From: Lama glama | Lineage: Eukaryota | Reading direction: 5' to 3' | DNA: 64,000 bases | Assembly (NCBI GenBank): GCA_028534125.1 | Contig: CM052818.1 | Span: 41,418,001-41,482,000, forward strand | Shown here: positions 38,428 through 48,917 of the stretch, piece by piece | How positions within the stretch are numbered: position 1 is the first letter of the stretch | How the letters are laid out: each line of letters starts with the position of its first letter | Translations under genes and position numbers: made by a program | The notes under the pieces: generated by a model | Told to the model about the DNA's origin: nothing | The model's database searches: none | What the model saw: only the letters and a program-made list of their open reading frames with translations

Positions 38428-38727
38428 AGACAGAGGAGCCAAGAATATACAACGGGGAAAGGATGGTCTCTTCAATAAATGGCGTTGGGAAAACAAGAGT
38501 CACATGCAAAAAAAATGAAACTGGATCACTCTCTTACACCATGCACAGAAGTAACTCAAAATGGATTAAAGACTTGAACATAAGACTTAAAATCATACAA
38601 CTTCTAGAAGAAGACATAGGTGGTAATCTCCTGGATGTTGGTCTTGGCAATGATGTTTTAGGGATTTGACACCAAAAGTAGAAATAAACAAGTGAGACTG
38701 TATCAACTTAAAGTACATTCTCACAGA
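38428..38727 (+). mobile_element. LINE-1 ORF2 internal fragment (frameshifted, non-coding)
   Basis: Encodes decayed L1 ORF2p segments (AKNIQ-GKD-LFNKW-WEN; NSKWIKDLNIR-K-I-LLEE-IG--L-DVGLGND). Confidence 0.9.
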
Positions 38728-39029
38728 TAGTAACATGTTTTTGAAACTCAGGGTGTTTGTTGGCATTTGAAATTTGTTCCCCTTTGAGGAAATCAAAGTG
38801 TTGGTGATTTGCAGTCTCGCTATGGTGGAGATCATAGTTTATCTGCTGAGAGATAACTCAGCGATTAACCAGCAGTGTGCAGTGTGTGGAGCCTGAGGAA
38901 GGGCAGTTTTTAACTTTCTCAGATAATGGATAGATCTCTGAAGATCAGAATTAGTCCAAAGAGCTCCCCACCATGGTTCTAAGAGGACCCAGAGGCCTGG
39001 TAACTGAGAACTCTTCTCTAATCAATATA

Positions 39030-39240
39030 ACTAAATAACAGCAAGTCTATTGTGAGGGAGGGACCATGCCAGGTCCTATAAATACAAGAGATCATTTACT
39101 TCCTAGAAGGCAAGTCTCATTATTGCCATTTTACAGATGCAAGAACCGAGGCTCAGAGACGTTACATATTCCTTCAGGATCACACCTAGAACTCATGGCT
39201 GACTCCAAAATCCACTGTCTTTCCAATCACTATGCTGCCT
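39030..39240 (-). mobile_element. MIR SINE
   Basis: cattattgccattttacagatgcaagaaccgaggctcagaga...atcacac. Confidence 0.8.
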
Positions 39241-39859
39241 TATCCTTGAGAAAGGATTCTGACCAAGATGAAACAGGAGCCAGAGGCTACTATGAGTGGA
39301 TGAGTCAAAACTCAGCAAGGAAGGCAGGACCGCCTCCCTGCCGTGTGCCCCTCTCCTGACCCTGCTCACCAGCGCTGAGCCAGGGGCTCGGCTCGGCAGC
39401 CTCACCCCGACGCTTCCCAGGTGGGCAGTGGTAGGACAAAGTTATTTCAGCCACAAAGCACATCCTGCCTGATTCAACCCTAATGGGGGCCCCTAGTCAA
39501 ATCCCCACCTCTGGACGCCACATCACCTTGCCTTTTCCTTTACCTCACCACCTCTCCGATGGCATTCTAGGGGTCTCTTTTCGTATCTGTCTTTACCACC
39601 AGACTACATCCTTTGAGAACTGGAATAGTGTTCTTTTTTTTTTTTTTAAAGCCCCTGTTCCCCAAACTGTATTTGGTACAGATTAGATGCTCAGTTAACA
39701 CAAGGTACATAAATAAAGAAATGGATTGAGTCAGTACCAAGTGTGGAGATTTGACAGCTTAATTATTCCTGAATCAGTTCTCAATCTCTGGGCAGTGGTT
39801 TGGGGGTCTCTTGAATACCCAGACCTCCCAACAGGAGGAGGACTCTATGTGCCCCTCAG

Positions 39860-40060
39860 ACTTTCAACTTTGCAAAGCACCGTCTGTAAGCTACTCCGTT
39901 CCATCCTACAAAAACGAGCAAATGTGGCCCTTAGGGCAGATGCTATCAACCCCATTTTACAGACTGAAACTGAGGCCCATAGGAGTGAACTGACTTGCCA
40001 GGGCCAGCATCTGACAATGAGGCTGTTGACTCCCTGGTCTTTTCATGCAACCATAATGCT
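39860..40060 (-). mobile_element. MIR fragment
   Basis: atcaaccccattttacagactgaaactgaggccc...tgacttgcc. Confidence 0.75.
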
Positions 40061-40619
40061 TTTCCAGCTTATCATTAACAGGCTGAGAGCAGGGGCAATG
40101 CAAAGGGAGGAAGGGGAGGGCGGGGAGAGAAGAGTGTGAAGTGAAGGGAAAAATAAAAGGGAAGAGGGGGCAGCTTCTCTGGAGTGTCCCTGACAGATGA
40201 CAGTCGGTGACCCAGGGCCCTGGAAGCTCTGAACTTCTCACCCAGGACTGGCTCGGCAAGGTCTCCTGCGCGCTCAGCGCCCCCAACCCCCTGCCTGCAT
40301 CCAGGCCCTGAGAGTAAAAGCAAATTGAATGCTTCTGGGTGCTGAGCAGAAACAGGAAGTCACAAGTGGCTCGACTCCCCTCCCAACTTGAGTCCCCAAC
40401 AGCTGGGGTCAAGGGTGCATGAAGGACCTGACAAGCAGCTCTCTGGCAGCTGGCCTCCGTGGGAGTCCAGTCGGGAAACTGGAGAACACTTCACAGAACA
40501 TGCGTGTAGCGGGCTCGGCCGTCCCCCTGGGAGCAGGACCCAGAAGCCCGCAGGGTAAAACAGTCAGCGAGCTGGGCGTTTGCACACCTGCTCCATCATT
40601 TTTCCATTCATTCAACAAA

Positions 40620-40790
40620 AACTCAGTGCCAACCTTGTGTTAAAACCAGAGTGACCTCAGGGAAACAGCTCACTCTGAGCTTAGTTTTGTCGTCTGCAAA
40701 GTGGGGACAGCCCCGACCCTACAGGGTTGCAGTGAGATGAAAGGAAATAACATCGTGAGCTTCTCCATCACACTTGGGTCTGTTATTAGC
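40620..40790 (+). mobile_element. MIR fragment
   Basis: gtgacctcaggg...ctctgagcttagttttgtcgtctgcaaagtgggga...acagggttgcagtgagatga. Confidence 0.75.
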
Positions 40791-41097
40791 ACCAAGGCCA
40801 TGTGTTACCCACGGTGTGCCCAAGACTGTGATGCCACTGTCCCCCTCCCACAGCTGCGGGGCAGGAGGGAGTGTGGGCAGGTCGGCCCCCACCTCTTTCC
40901 CCTATTTGCCCCTCATAGGAGCCCAAGGCCAGGAAGAGGTGCAGTTCCACAAGCCCCAGCCTGGGCCCAGCGCCCATGTTTATGACTGTTTATTTCAGAG
41001 CAAATAGAAAGGAGAAATTAGAGCCATAAAAGACAGGACAACAGACCAATAAAAACCAGCTCCCAGAAGAGTCAGAAGGAGGAAGAGAGGCAAAACT

Positions 41098-41111
41098 GTC
41101 ACCATAGCAAC
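41098..41111. promoter_or_regulatory. RFX X-box motif
   Basis: GTCACC-AT-AGCAAC, a full match to GTNRCC-N2-RGYAAC, about 1.3 kb into intron 1. Confidence 0.5.
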
Positions 41112-42407
41112 ACAAGACAGTCAGAAGCACGCAGGAAAAACAGCCCCTGCTCTGCCTCCTCTCTTCACAGCAAAGAGAGCCCTTGGACCCCCTTCGGAGA
41201 GCAATGAAGGCCAGCGAACGACTCACCCTAAAGCTCTGGCCCCCAGGCCCAGATGCCCAGCCCAACCTGGCTAGCAGCCACCCTGCTGGCCCAGCACAAG
41301 TCTCAGCCGTTCGGGGTCCCAGCCCAGCTTTCTGTGCCCTGGGGACTCAGCGCTGTGCAGATGGCTCAGGCCCAACCAGAGTGATGGTGACTGGTGAAAA
41401 GGGGAAAAAGTTTCTAGCAGAGAAAGGAAGGAAGGCCAAAGGGCTGTGGGGCCAAGGCCCTGAATACCAGCTCCAGTACTCTGTCCTGGGCTCCCCCGGG
41501 AGCACGCTAGAAAACAAGGCCCTGGGATGGGAGGCCAGGCCCAGAAGGGTGGCCCCACCAGTGCTGCACCCTACACTCCCAACCCAGCCACTGGAGGAAC
41601 TCTGGGGATCTGGGGGTGGGGTCGGCAAATAGCTTTGTAGGTCTTAAATGACAAAGCTGTCGGTCCTGGTCTCTGGGGACAATGGTCATCAAGTAGGGCA
41701 GCTTGGAGGAGGACCCAGGGGCCGGCTGGTCCATTTTGACAGAGGCTTTCCATCCTTCGGCTGGCAGGCAAGACAGGTGTCTCCACCAAATAGCCTGGCC
41801 TGGGACCAGCCCTTTCGGAAGTGGGTCAAATTGTTCCCAAAGCTCAGGATCCGTCAAGTCCCTTTCTTCAGACTGGGATTCTGAAGGCGGGGAGGGCGAT
41901 GACAAGGGGGCCTGGGTCCAAGCCACAGCAGCTTGCTGGCTGGCTAAGCATATCTAGGCAGGTGGGAGCAGAAGGGTCCAGGTGTGCAGGCATGAGGGCG
42001 GGGTGGGGTGGTGGGGGTCATCCCTGCCTCTGGAGCTATAAAGAGTGGTGGGGAGCTCAGGCCTCTTGTGGTGGGAACGGGGAAGCAGAGACTTGGGGTC
42101 TCCTGGAGGAATGGCTTTGGGGCCGAAGATACCTGGCGCTGGGGGTGGGGGGAGGAGGCTGAGTGGTTGAGGGGCGAGGGAGGTGATCTGGAATACAGTC
42201 AGGAGGCTGTCCTCGGGACAAGGGGCAATGGGGAGCCTAGCCGGCGGTCGCTGAAGAAGGGACTGGATCCTCGGCTCTTCCACCCGCCCACCCCCCGAAG
42301 GCTGCAGGCGCGCCGGGAGCCGGGGAAGGATGGCAGGGATGGCCCGGCGCCTCCCGAGCCCGCCTGCCCGCAGGCGCCGGCCGCGCTCCCCGCCGCGCCC
42401 CGCTTAC

Positions 42408-42505
42408 CCCGAGTCGCCGCCGCCCTGCTCGGCCGCCCGTCCGCCGCTGCCCCAGCCGCCGCCGCTGTGGACGCCTCTCCCGCGGCCGCCGCAGCCAGCG
42501 AGTCG
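42408..42505 (-). other. Putative non-coding first exon in the CpG island (TSS approximate)
   Basis: Minus strand reads ...GCGGCGACTCGGG|GTAAGCGG, a near-consensus 5' splice site (intron G at 42407). It lies directly downstream of four GC boxes. The exon contains no ATG. Confidence 0.7.
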
Positions 42506-42514
42506 GCCCCGGAG

Positions 42515-42585
42515 CCCCGCCCCGGCCCGCCCCCAGCCCGGCCCGCCGCTGCCGCCCCGCCCCGGGCCCCGGGGAGCCCCGCCCC
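42515..42585 (-). promoter_or_regulatory. Cluster of four GC boxes (Sp/KLF sites)
   Basis: CCCCGCCCC at 42515-42523, 42555-42563 and 42577-42585, and GCCCGCCCC at 42525-42533 (GGGGCGGG on the minus strand), immediately upstream of the inferred TSS. Confidence 0.75.
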
Positions 42586-44327
42586 CGCCGTCACCCGGCC
42601 GGGTCCCCACGCCGGCGCCCAGACCCCTTCTGCGCCCGGGAGCTGGTGCTGGCCTCCGCACACGGTAACCCTGCGCTTCTCTTGGCCTTGGCCACTGCCT
42701 TTCCCTCCAAGGGGAAGCCTGGATCCGCCCCTCTGTTTCTACACACAGAATTCCTCCATGTCCACTATTCCCCTTAAAAGAAAAAACAAGGGGAAAAGGC
42801 CCCTTGATCAGTCGCTAGAGGCACACCCACCCTCAAATTAGTGCCTTTGCACTCAGCCAGATCACCCCAGCCTCTACCCCACTCCCAAATTACTTTGGAT
42901 TCGGAACCCAGCCTTCCACCCTGCGCTTACTATTAACAGATTCCCAGCCCGGGGGCCACAGTTATCTGATGGGACCACCAAAAAAGTCTTTGCAAGTGCT
43001 TAGTCCGAACAACGTAACTACCCTCAAGAGCAAGTCTGCAAAAACACTTTAAAAAATTCTATGATGCAAGGGAAAGTAGGGGATTACAGCGTCATTGTCA
43101 TGATCATTGTTTTAAAACATCTGCTATGGAGGCTTTTTGCATTTGAGAGAGAGATTCAGGAAACCAGAGAGGGCTGCGCGGTGCCAAACAGGTTGTGAGT
43201 CAGAGCTCCTGTTGGGGGGGCCCTCCTTCAGGCCCAGGCCTCTAGGGCTTCCTTTCCTGGTCAGTCAGTTAGAGCATCATGAAACTGTATTAAACCCCGA
43301 CAATGGGCCTAGCCATGACTGTATCCGTTGCTGCAGGAGGGTGTAGGTTGGGAGCATAATGTCCCAATCCTGGAGTGCAGGAGGCTTCAGGAGACCTTAC
43401 CAAGTCCTTCCTCTTTATGAGCCCCATGGTCCTCATGCAGGACCCGATGCCATCCTAGCCTTCTCCAGGCTGGGACCACCCATCAGTCTGAAGAGCTTCC
43501 ACAAACTGCCCAGCATGGCTCCTGCTCTGGGTTTTGGCAAGAATTCAGACAGGGGTCAGGAGGGCGCAGTCTAGTTAGAATGAAATAGTCTTCCAATTGG
43601 TAGGGGTCCTTCGGCTCAGAATGAAGAAGGCTTGCCCTTTGCCATCCGTGTCAGTCGAGGTACATGAGTCTGGAACAAACCCTGCCATCAATCTTGGTAA
43701 AGAAGATCTGCTTTATCTTTGGATGGCTCTACTAGAAAATCCTTCTTGCTACAGCCTCACGCATATACACACCAAAATTTCTGACTTATTCTGCCCACCT
43801 TGAACTTGGTCAGGCTCTGGGAAGGTAAGGACAAGTCACCCGCAGATGCCATTCGCCCCACACAGCACTGTCATTTCAGACCACAGGAGGACTCCTTACT
43901 TTACACCTGTCTGTCTCTAATAACACAGCTTCAGTTGGTGAGAAGAGACTATTTGATGTATGAAATTTCACTTCCACACACTTAAAGACGGCTTCTGTTT
44001 CCATAATTGAGGGCTACCTGCATGGTACTGCCTAGCCCACTGTGAAATAATAGGCCTTCTAATTATTAGTTTGGAATTTAATAATTGTTTCGTAAGACAC
44101 AATAATCAGATGAAATGGTCTTTCAACTCCATCAGTAATACTAATAACAAGTTTAGAGGTTATTATAACAAAGATTACAGTGAAATTAAACTGTCATTGA
44201 GGGTGCAGGTAGGTTGAGATCAAATTTCAGTGGTTTTCATTCACAATATACATTTCCTAAAATGAATTTTAATATCTTAGTTCAATTAAATCTAAATGGA
44301 ACTGTTCTAATTTCAAGGATATCCTGG

Positions 44328-44328
<1 letters not shown>

Positions 44329-44368
<40 letters not shown>
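44329..44368 (+). repeat. (TG)20 microsatellite
   Basis: Direct count. Confidence 0.97.
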
Positions 44369-44371
<3 letters not shown>

Positions 44372-44379
44372 AAGAGATG

Positions 44380-44900
44380 TCTTGAGCTTTGACAAAGTGC
44401 CAGGCACTGTGCTGAATGATGGAATCAGGACACGTGTCCCTGACCTGAGAAGTAGACAGGCTGGTTGCCGGCCCAGTTTATGACAAAGTGGAACAGGACA
44501 CAAAAGAGGGGTGGGGGGACCCAAGACAAGAAGGAGTTTATCATGATTGGGGAAAACAGGAACAGATTCCTTTAACCTGAACCCTGAGGGATGAATTAGA
44601 CTTCAATAGGCAGGACATGGGGACAAGGACATTTCAGAAGCAGGGACAAAGGAGAGGCCCTGGTGGGAAGGGGTGCGGTGTGATCGGTGTGTTACGGTCT
44701 TGACAAAGTGAGGCTGAAGATGGAGACCAGGAATACCAGCCTGAGAAGGCTGCGCTGGATCCTGGGAGCTCCCAGGGACTGGGTTTGACTGGAGCCTCAA
44801 ATAAAGAGATTGATGGCCCAAGGATGCCTGGGGACTGGGAGTGGTTAAAGTAAAGGAAGCAGTAGTGAGAATGATCAGAGGGAACCACATCATCACCCAG
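44380..44900 (-). mobile_element. L2 3' region
   Basis: gtgccaggcactgtgctg...gtccctgacct...ctgaaccctgagggatgaattaga...catttcagaagcagggac...aatgatcaga. Confidence 0.75.
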
Positions 44901-45459
44901 GGACTGTATGCTGCCAGCCAAGGACCAGGTTCTGCTCCCTCACATTTGAAAACACATTCTCTGAAGCATCTCCAGTGCTGAGAACAATACTTGGCACAAA
45001 CCTGTCCACTATAATATTTATTGAATGAGCAATGGAGTTGTGAATGATGGGCGTCCCCAAGCAACAAGGGCTGTTCCCCTCCAGGGCTGCTCTCCCTCCA
45101 GCTGAGATCCATTCTAGGACAGGTGGAACTTTCCTTCCAAATCCCTCCACAAGTCAGATTTCCCTTTCTCAGGAGAGCTCCTCTGGTTCCTTCGAAAGAT
45201 CGTTTCTACTTCTGAACCTTTGTTCGTGTTTATACATATATCCGCACCTAGGATGACTTCCTCCCCCATCTCCAGCTGCCCAAGACCACTCGTTTCAATG
45301 CCAGTGATGCCTTCAGGACGAGGGTGGACTGTGCACTCGCACCTCTGTCCTCTGAATTCCTATAAAATTGACAATCTGAGCCACTTATTCCTCTGACTCA
45401 TCGCATGTGCCAGTTTCTTGAGAACAAGGACCTTATCTGAGCCATAGCTTAAAATCCCC

Positions 45460-45765
45460 ACTTGATCTGAAGTCAAAGCTGAGCATAAGTTCTGATGCTG
45501 CCACTCACTAGCTATGTGAACCTAAGAAACGTAAGCCTTTGGAGTTTTAGTTTTCTCGTCTCTAAAATGGAAGAAGTAATACTTATTTTAGAAGGTTGAC
45601 ATGAGGGCTGATGTCAACTCTTAGAAGCTGTGAAAGAAAGAATAGTATGTATGTGTGTATGTGTGTGTATGTGTGTGTGTTTGTGTGCGCGCGCACACGC
45701 GCACGCGCGTGTTGCCTCCTAGGGCCTTGAATGATGCCGGGTGTATAAAAAGTGCTCATTGCAGA
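45460..45765 (+). mobile_element. MIR SINE interrupted by a (TG)/(CG) repeat at 45645-45712
   Basis: ctgccactcactagctatgtgaacct...agttttctcgtctctaaaatgg... Confidence 0.75.
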
Positions 45766-46476
45766 CTTGGTGGTAAGTGGGTTGATTTATCAGTGAGGGC
45801 TTGGAGTGGAGGCTGAATCCCTACACGGCTCACTGCCTGTTAGGCCGCGGGAAGGAGTCTTCACGTTGCCCTCCCTGTTCACTTAGCTCCCCAGGAGTTA
45901 CACAGTGCTTTCCCTCTGGCATGACCAGAATGGCTTCCAAAGGCGGTATATTTTCTCGCCAATTACAGACCAGGGATCCTTTATGTAACTAGGGGTTTCT
46001 ACGGAAACATGGCTCAGGCTTCAGAGGGAGCATAATAGATTTGATTATGAATATTGAGCCAATTTTCACGGCTGACATACTGCACACTTCCTTGTTGCAA
46101 AAGTCACAGCCCAAATTATGTAGAAGAACTTGGTAATGGCTGGAAACCCTTGCCTGTGGCTGAATGGGAGCCTATGGCTTAAGAAAGCTGAATTAATCAC
46201 TTTTTAAATCACTGCGCATGTCAAGCTCTTTCAGACCTTCCCCGTCTTTGCACATGGTTCTCCTCTGCCTAAAATGATTTTTCCTCCTGGTGCATTTCAT
46301 TGAGTTTCTACTCATTTTTAAAATTCTTGTTCAAAAGTAACTACTCTAAAATGCCTCCTTCAGCTCTCCAAGACCAAGTCAAATGTTTTATTTTTCTCTT
46401 GTGTGCTTTTTATAGTATTGCATTCATACCTTTATCATTTCACTCTCAAGGGTATATGGATCTGATAAATTTATAT

Positions 46477-46684
46477 AGAGTTGATTTTTGTTACTCCTAG
46501 CAACTATGTTCTATGAAGTCACCACAAACTCTGAGCTAGCAAATACTGAACCATTGCCCCTAGGGGAAATTCAGGATTAGGATTCTGTGAGCTTCTGATC
46601 ATAACATTTTCACCAATTCCTCAGTCTTCCATGTGTGTTTCTGCTTCAGAACACCTTATTTAATGTGTATTGTTGATTCATTAA
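46477..46684. mobile_element. MER82-like (TcMar-Tigger) end, cut off by the gap
   Basis: tatgttctatgaagtcaccacaaactctgagctagcaaatactgaaccattgcccctaggggaaat...acaccttatttaatgtgtattgttgattcattaa. Confidence 0.75.
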
Positions 46685-47184
46685 NNNNNNNNNNNNNNNN
46701 NNNNNNNNNNNNNNNNNNNNNNNNNNNNNNNNNNNNNNNNNNNNNNNNNNNNNNNNNNNNNNNNNNNNNNNNNNNNNNNNNNNNNNNNNNNNNNNNNNNN
46801 NNNNNNNNNNNNNNNNNNNNNNNNNNNNNNNNNNNNNNNNNNNNNNNNNNNNNNNNNNNNNNNNNNNNNNNNNNNNNNNNNNNNNNNNNNNNNNNNNNNN
46901 NNNNNNNNNNNNNNNNNNNNNNNNNNNNNNNNNNNNNNNNNNNNNNNNNNNNNNNNNNNNNNNNNNNNNNNNNNNNNNNNNNNNNNNNNNNNNNNNNNNN
47001 NNNNNNNNNNNNNNNNNNNNNNNNNNNNNNNNNNNNNNNNNNNNNNNNNNNNNNNNNNNNNNNNNNNNNNNNNNNNNNNNNNNNNNNNNNNNNNNNNNNN
47101 NNNNNNNNNNNNNNNNNNNNNNNNNNNNNNNNNNNNNNNNNNNNNNNNNNNNNNNNNNNNNNNNNNNNNNNNNNNNNNNNNNNN
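46685..47184. other. Assembly gap, 500 N
   Basis: Run of exactly 500 N, a placeholder size. Confidence 0.99.
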
Positions 47185-47209
47185 GGAAAAGAATGCATTT
47201 TGTAGTTAC

Positions 47210-47400
47210 TCTTGTTTGAATCCTGGGGCCACCCCTGATGAGCTGTGTGACTGTGGACAAGAGACCTGGCCACGGCGAGCTTCATTTCTCTCATCTCTGG
47301 AATGGAGATGTGGCCTCTGCTTTGCAGGGTTGTGGTGGAGTTTGGTGACAGTGCACAGCACACACTTAGCCTAAAACACCGGCTCCATACATTGAAGTAA
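47210..47400 (+). mobile_element. MIR SINE
   Basis: gtttgaatcctgg...agctgtgtgactgtggacaag...tttctctcatctctggaatgg...cagggttgtggtggag. Confidence 0.8.
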
Positions 47401-47669
47401 CTATGAGCTTGGTCCCCTTCCCTCTACAATAGCCCTAGAAAGAGTTGATTACCCCCATAGTCCTTTTGCAGCCAAGATTTTCTAAGCTATCATTTCCTTC
47501 TCACCCTTTTCCTTTCTCTCTCCTTTGACTTCTTCTTCCCATACCTGGCCAGCTTTCCAGATCTCAAGGAGTTCTAAAGCCAACAAGAAATATCACCCAT
47601 GTAGGTGATACCTTTCTATGAACACAATGGCAGGAGCTGTTTTGTGAAGTTGGGAGCTACTTTGGGGAA

Positions 47670-47920
47670 GTCAAGGGCAGAGGTTAAGAACTCAATCTCT
47701 TGAAGCATATTACATGGGATTTAATTCCATCTCCACCACTTAGAGGCTACGTGAACTCGATCAGCTTACTCACATTTTCTATGTATCACTTTCCTCATTT
47801 GTAAAATGGGGGGGGGGGTAGAATCTAGCTCACAGGATTGTTACTGGGATTACACAAATTAAAATAGGTAAAGGGCTCAGAAGAGTGTCAAGTGCTCAAT
47901 ACTTTCATTAAATGTGAGCT
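47670..47920 (+). mobile_element. MIR SINE with internal G-run
   Basis: ggttaagaactc...tttcctcatttgtaaaatggg...ctcacaggattgtt. Confidence 0.8.
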
Positions 47921-48329
47921 ACCACATCTGTATTGAGGATTCCCAGCAGATGGCTGAATGGCCTCCCTTCCAGGATGGGTTACCAGAGACTCACGCCCAA
48001 CGAAGGAGCTGTGGGCTGACTTCTGAGGTCCCTTCTGACTGACATCTTGGATTTGATAACCAGTGAGGCTCAGTGTTTTGGGGGGTGGGCTGTGTCCAGA
48101 GGTGGAGGGCAAGTGGACCGTAGCTCCCTGACTCACAGGAAGCAGTGGAGGCGCTTTCGGGAAGAGCTACAAATGTGGGTTAAAAAGTCAAAACCGCTTC
48201 AATTTTGATTAATACCTTTTCTTCTCAAATATCAAAACTTTAGCTGCTTTTCTGAGTTCATGTGTCCTATTTGGGTTTAAAATTTTTCTTTGACAATTTA
48301 TGCTTAGTAATAGAAGCAGAATGCTATAG

Positions 48330-48500
48330 AGAAGATATCACAGGTTCAGAGTTAATTCTAAATTCAATTCTCTCAGCCCCTCTACTTACTACAGGGAGCT
48401 GGGTGCCTCTGCGCCTTAGTTTTCCCAACTTAAAAGAAAAATAATAATACTTGCTTTGCAGAGTTGTGAGAATTAAGTAAAATAATGTACATAAGAGACT
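48330..48500 (+). mobile_element. MIR fragment
   Basis: ctctgcgccttagttttccc...ataataatacttgctttgcagagttgtgagaattaa. Confidence 0.7.
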
Positions 48501-48903
48501 CAGCAAGGTGAAAATTATGCTTTCTGCTGTATGAATCCCACTGGACAGCAACCCTTATACCTACTTCTTTCCATTTCCTCCCAGATTCCAAAAATATCAA
48601 TGCACATGGGTCTTTCAAAACCCGGGGAAATATCTACATATTTGCAGTGGTAGGTCCTGTGATTGGGTGATATTTATATTAAAAAAAACTATTAAAATCA
48701 AACTTGAATGACTAAAGAAGAGTAGTTTCTGCAAGTTCTAAAAATATCACTCAGAAATAATGCTCTTTCCAGACCCCTAACGCTGAGTAAGGTAAACCTA
48801 ACCTCTTAGTTCAATAGACGACCGATAATTCCCTGTACACCAATGGGAAAACGAGATAGTGCCAAGATATTTTTAACTGGTCTTCATTTGCATCCAGCAA
48901 GAT

Positions 48904-48917
48904 GTAACCTTAGCAAC
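48904..48917. promoter_or_regulatory. RFX X-box motif next to an octamer motif
   Basis: GTAACC-TT-AGCAAC, with ATTTGCAT at 48886-48893, in repeat-free sequence. Confidence 0.45.

Larger units (their letters stand above)
1..42505 (-). other. PRICKLE2: 5' non-coding portion (alternative first exons and first intron) of a minus-strand protein-coding gene, tentatively PRICKLE2; no coding exon in the window
   Basis: Seen: CpG-island exon with GT donor at 42407, and a second ~557-nt repeat-free exon with GT donor at 15071, both on the minus strand. The identity is inferred from my recollection of human PRICKLE2 architecture (long ~0.55-kb non-coding first exon, a further upstream CpG-island first exon, start codon in the next exon). 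Not checked against a database. Confidence 0.55.
42240..42680. promoter_or_regulatory. CpG island promoter
   Basis: About 440 bp of very high GC with dense CpG, sharply different from the CpG-depleted flanks. It is the only clear CpG island in the window. Confidence 0.92.

Noticed and set aside
38463..38669. 68-aa ORF with L1 ORF2p similarity
   Set aside because: Frameshifted remnant of an L1 fragment, not a gene.
42008..42841. 277-aa plus-strand ORF and overlapping ORFs across the CpG island
   Set aside because: Non-ATG start and Pro/Ala/Arg/Gly low-complexity product. Stop codons are simply rare at this GC content, and several frames are open on both strands.
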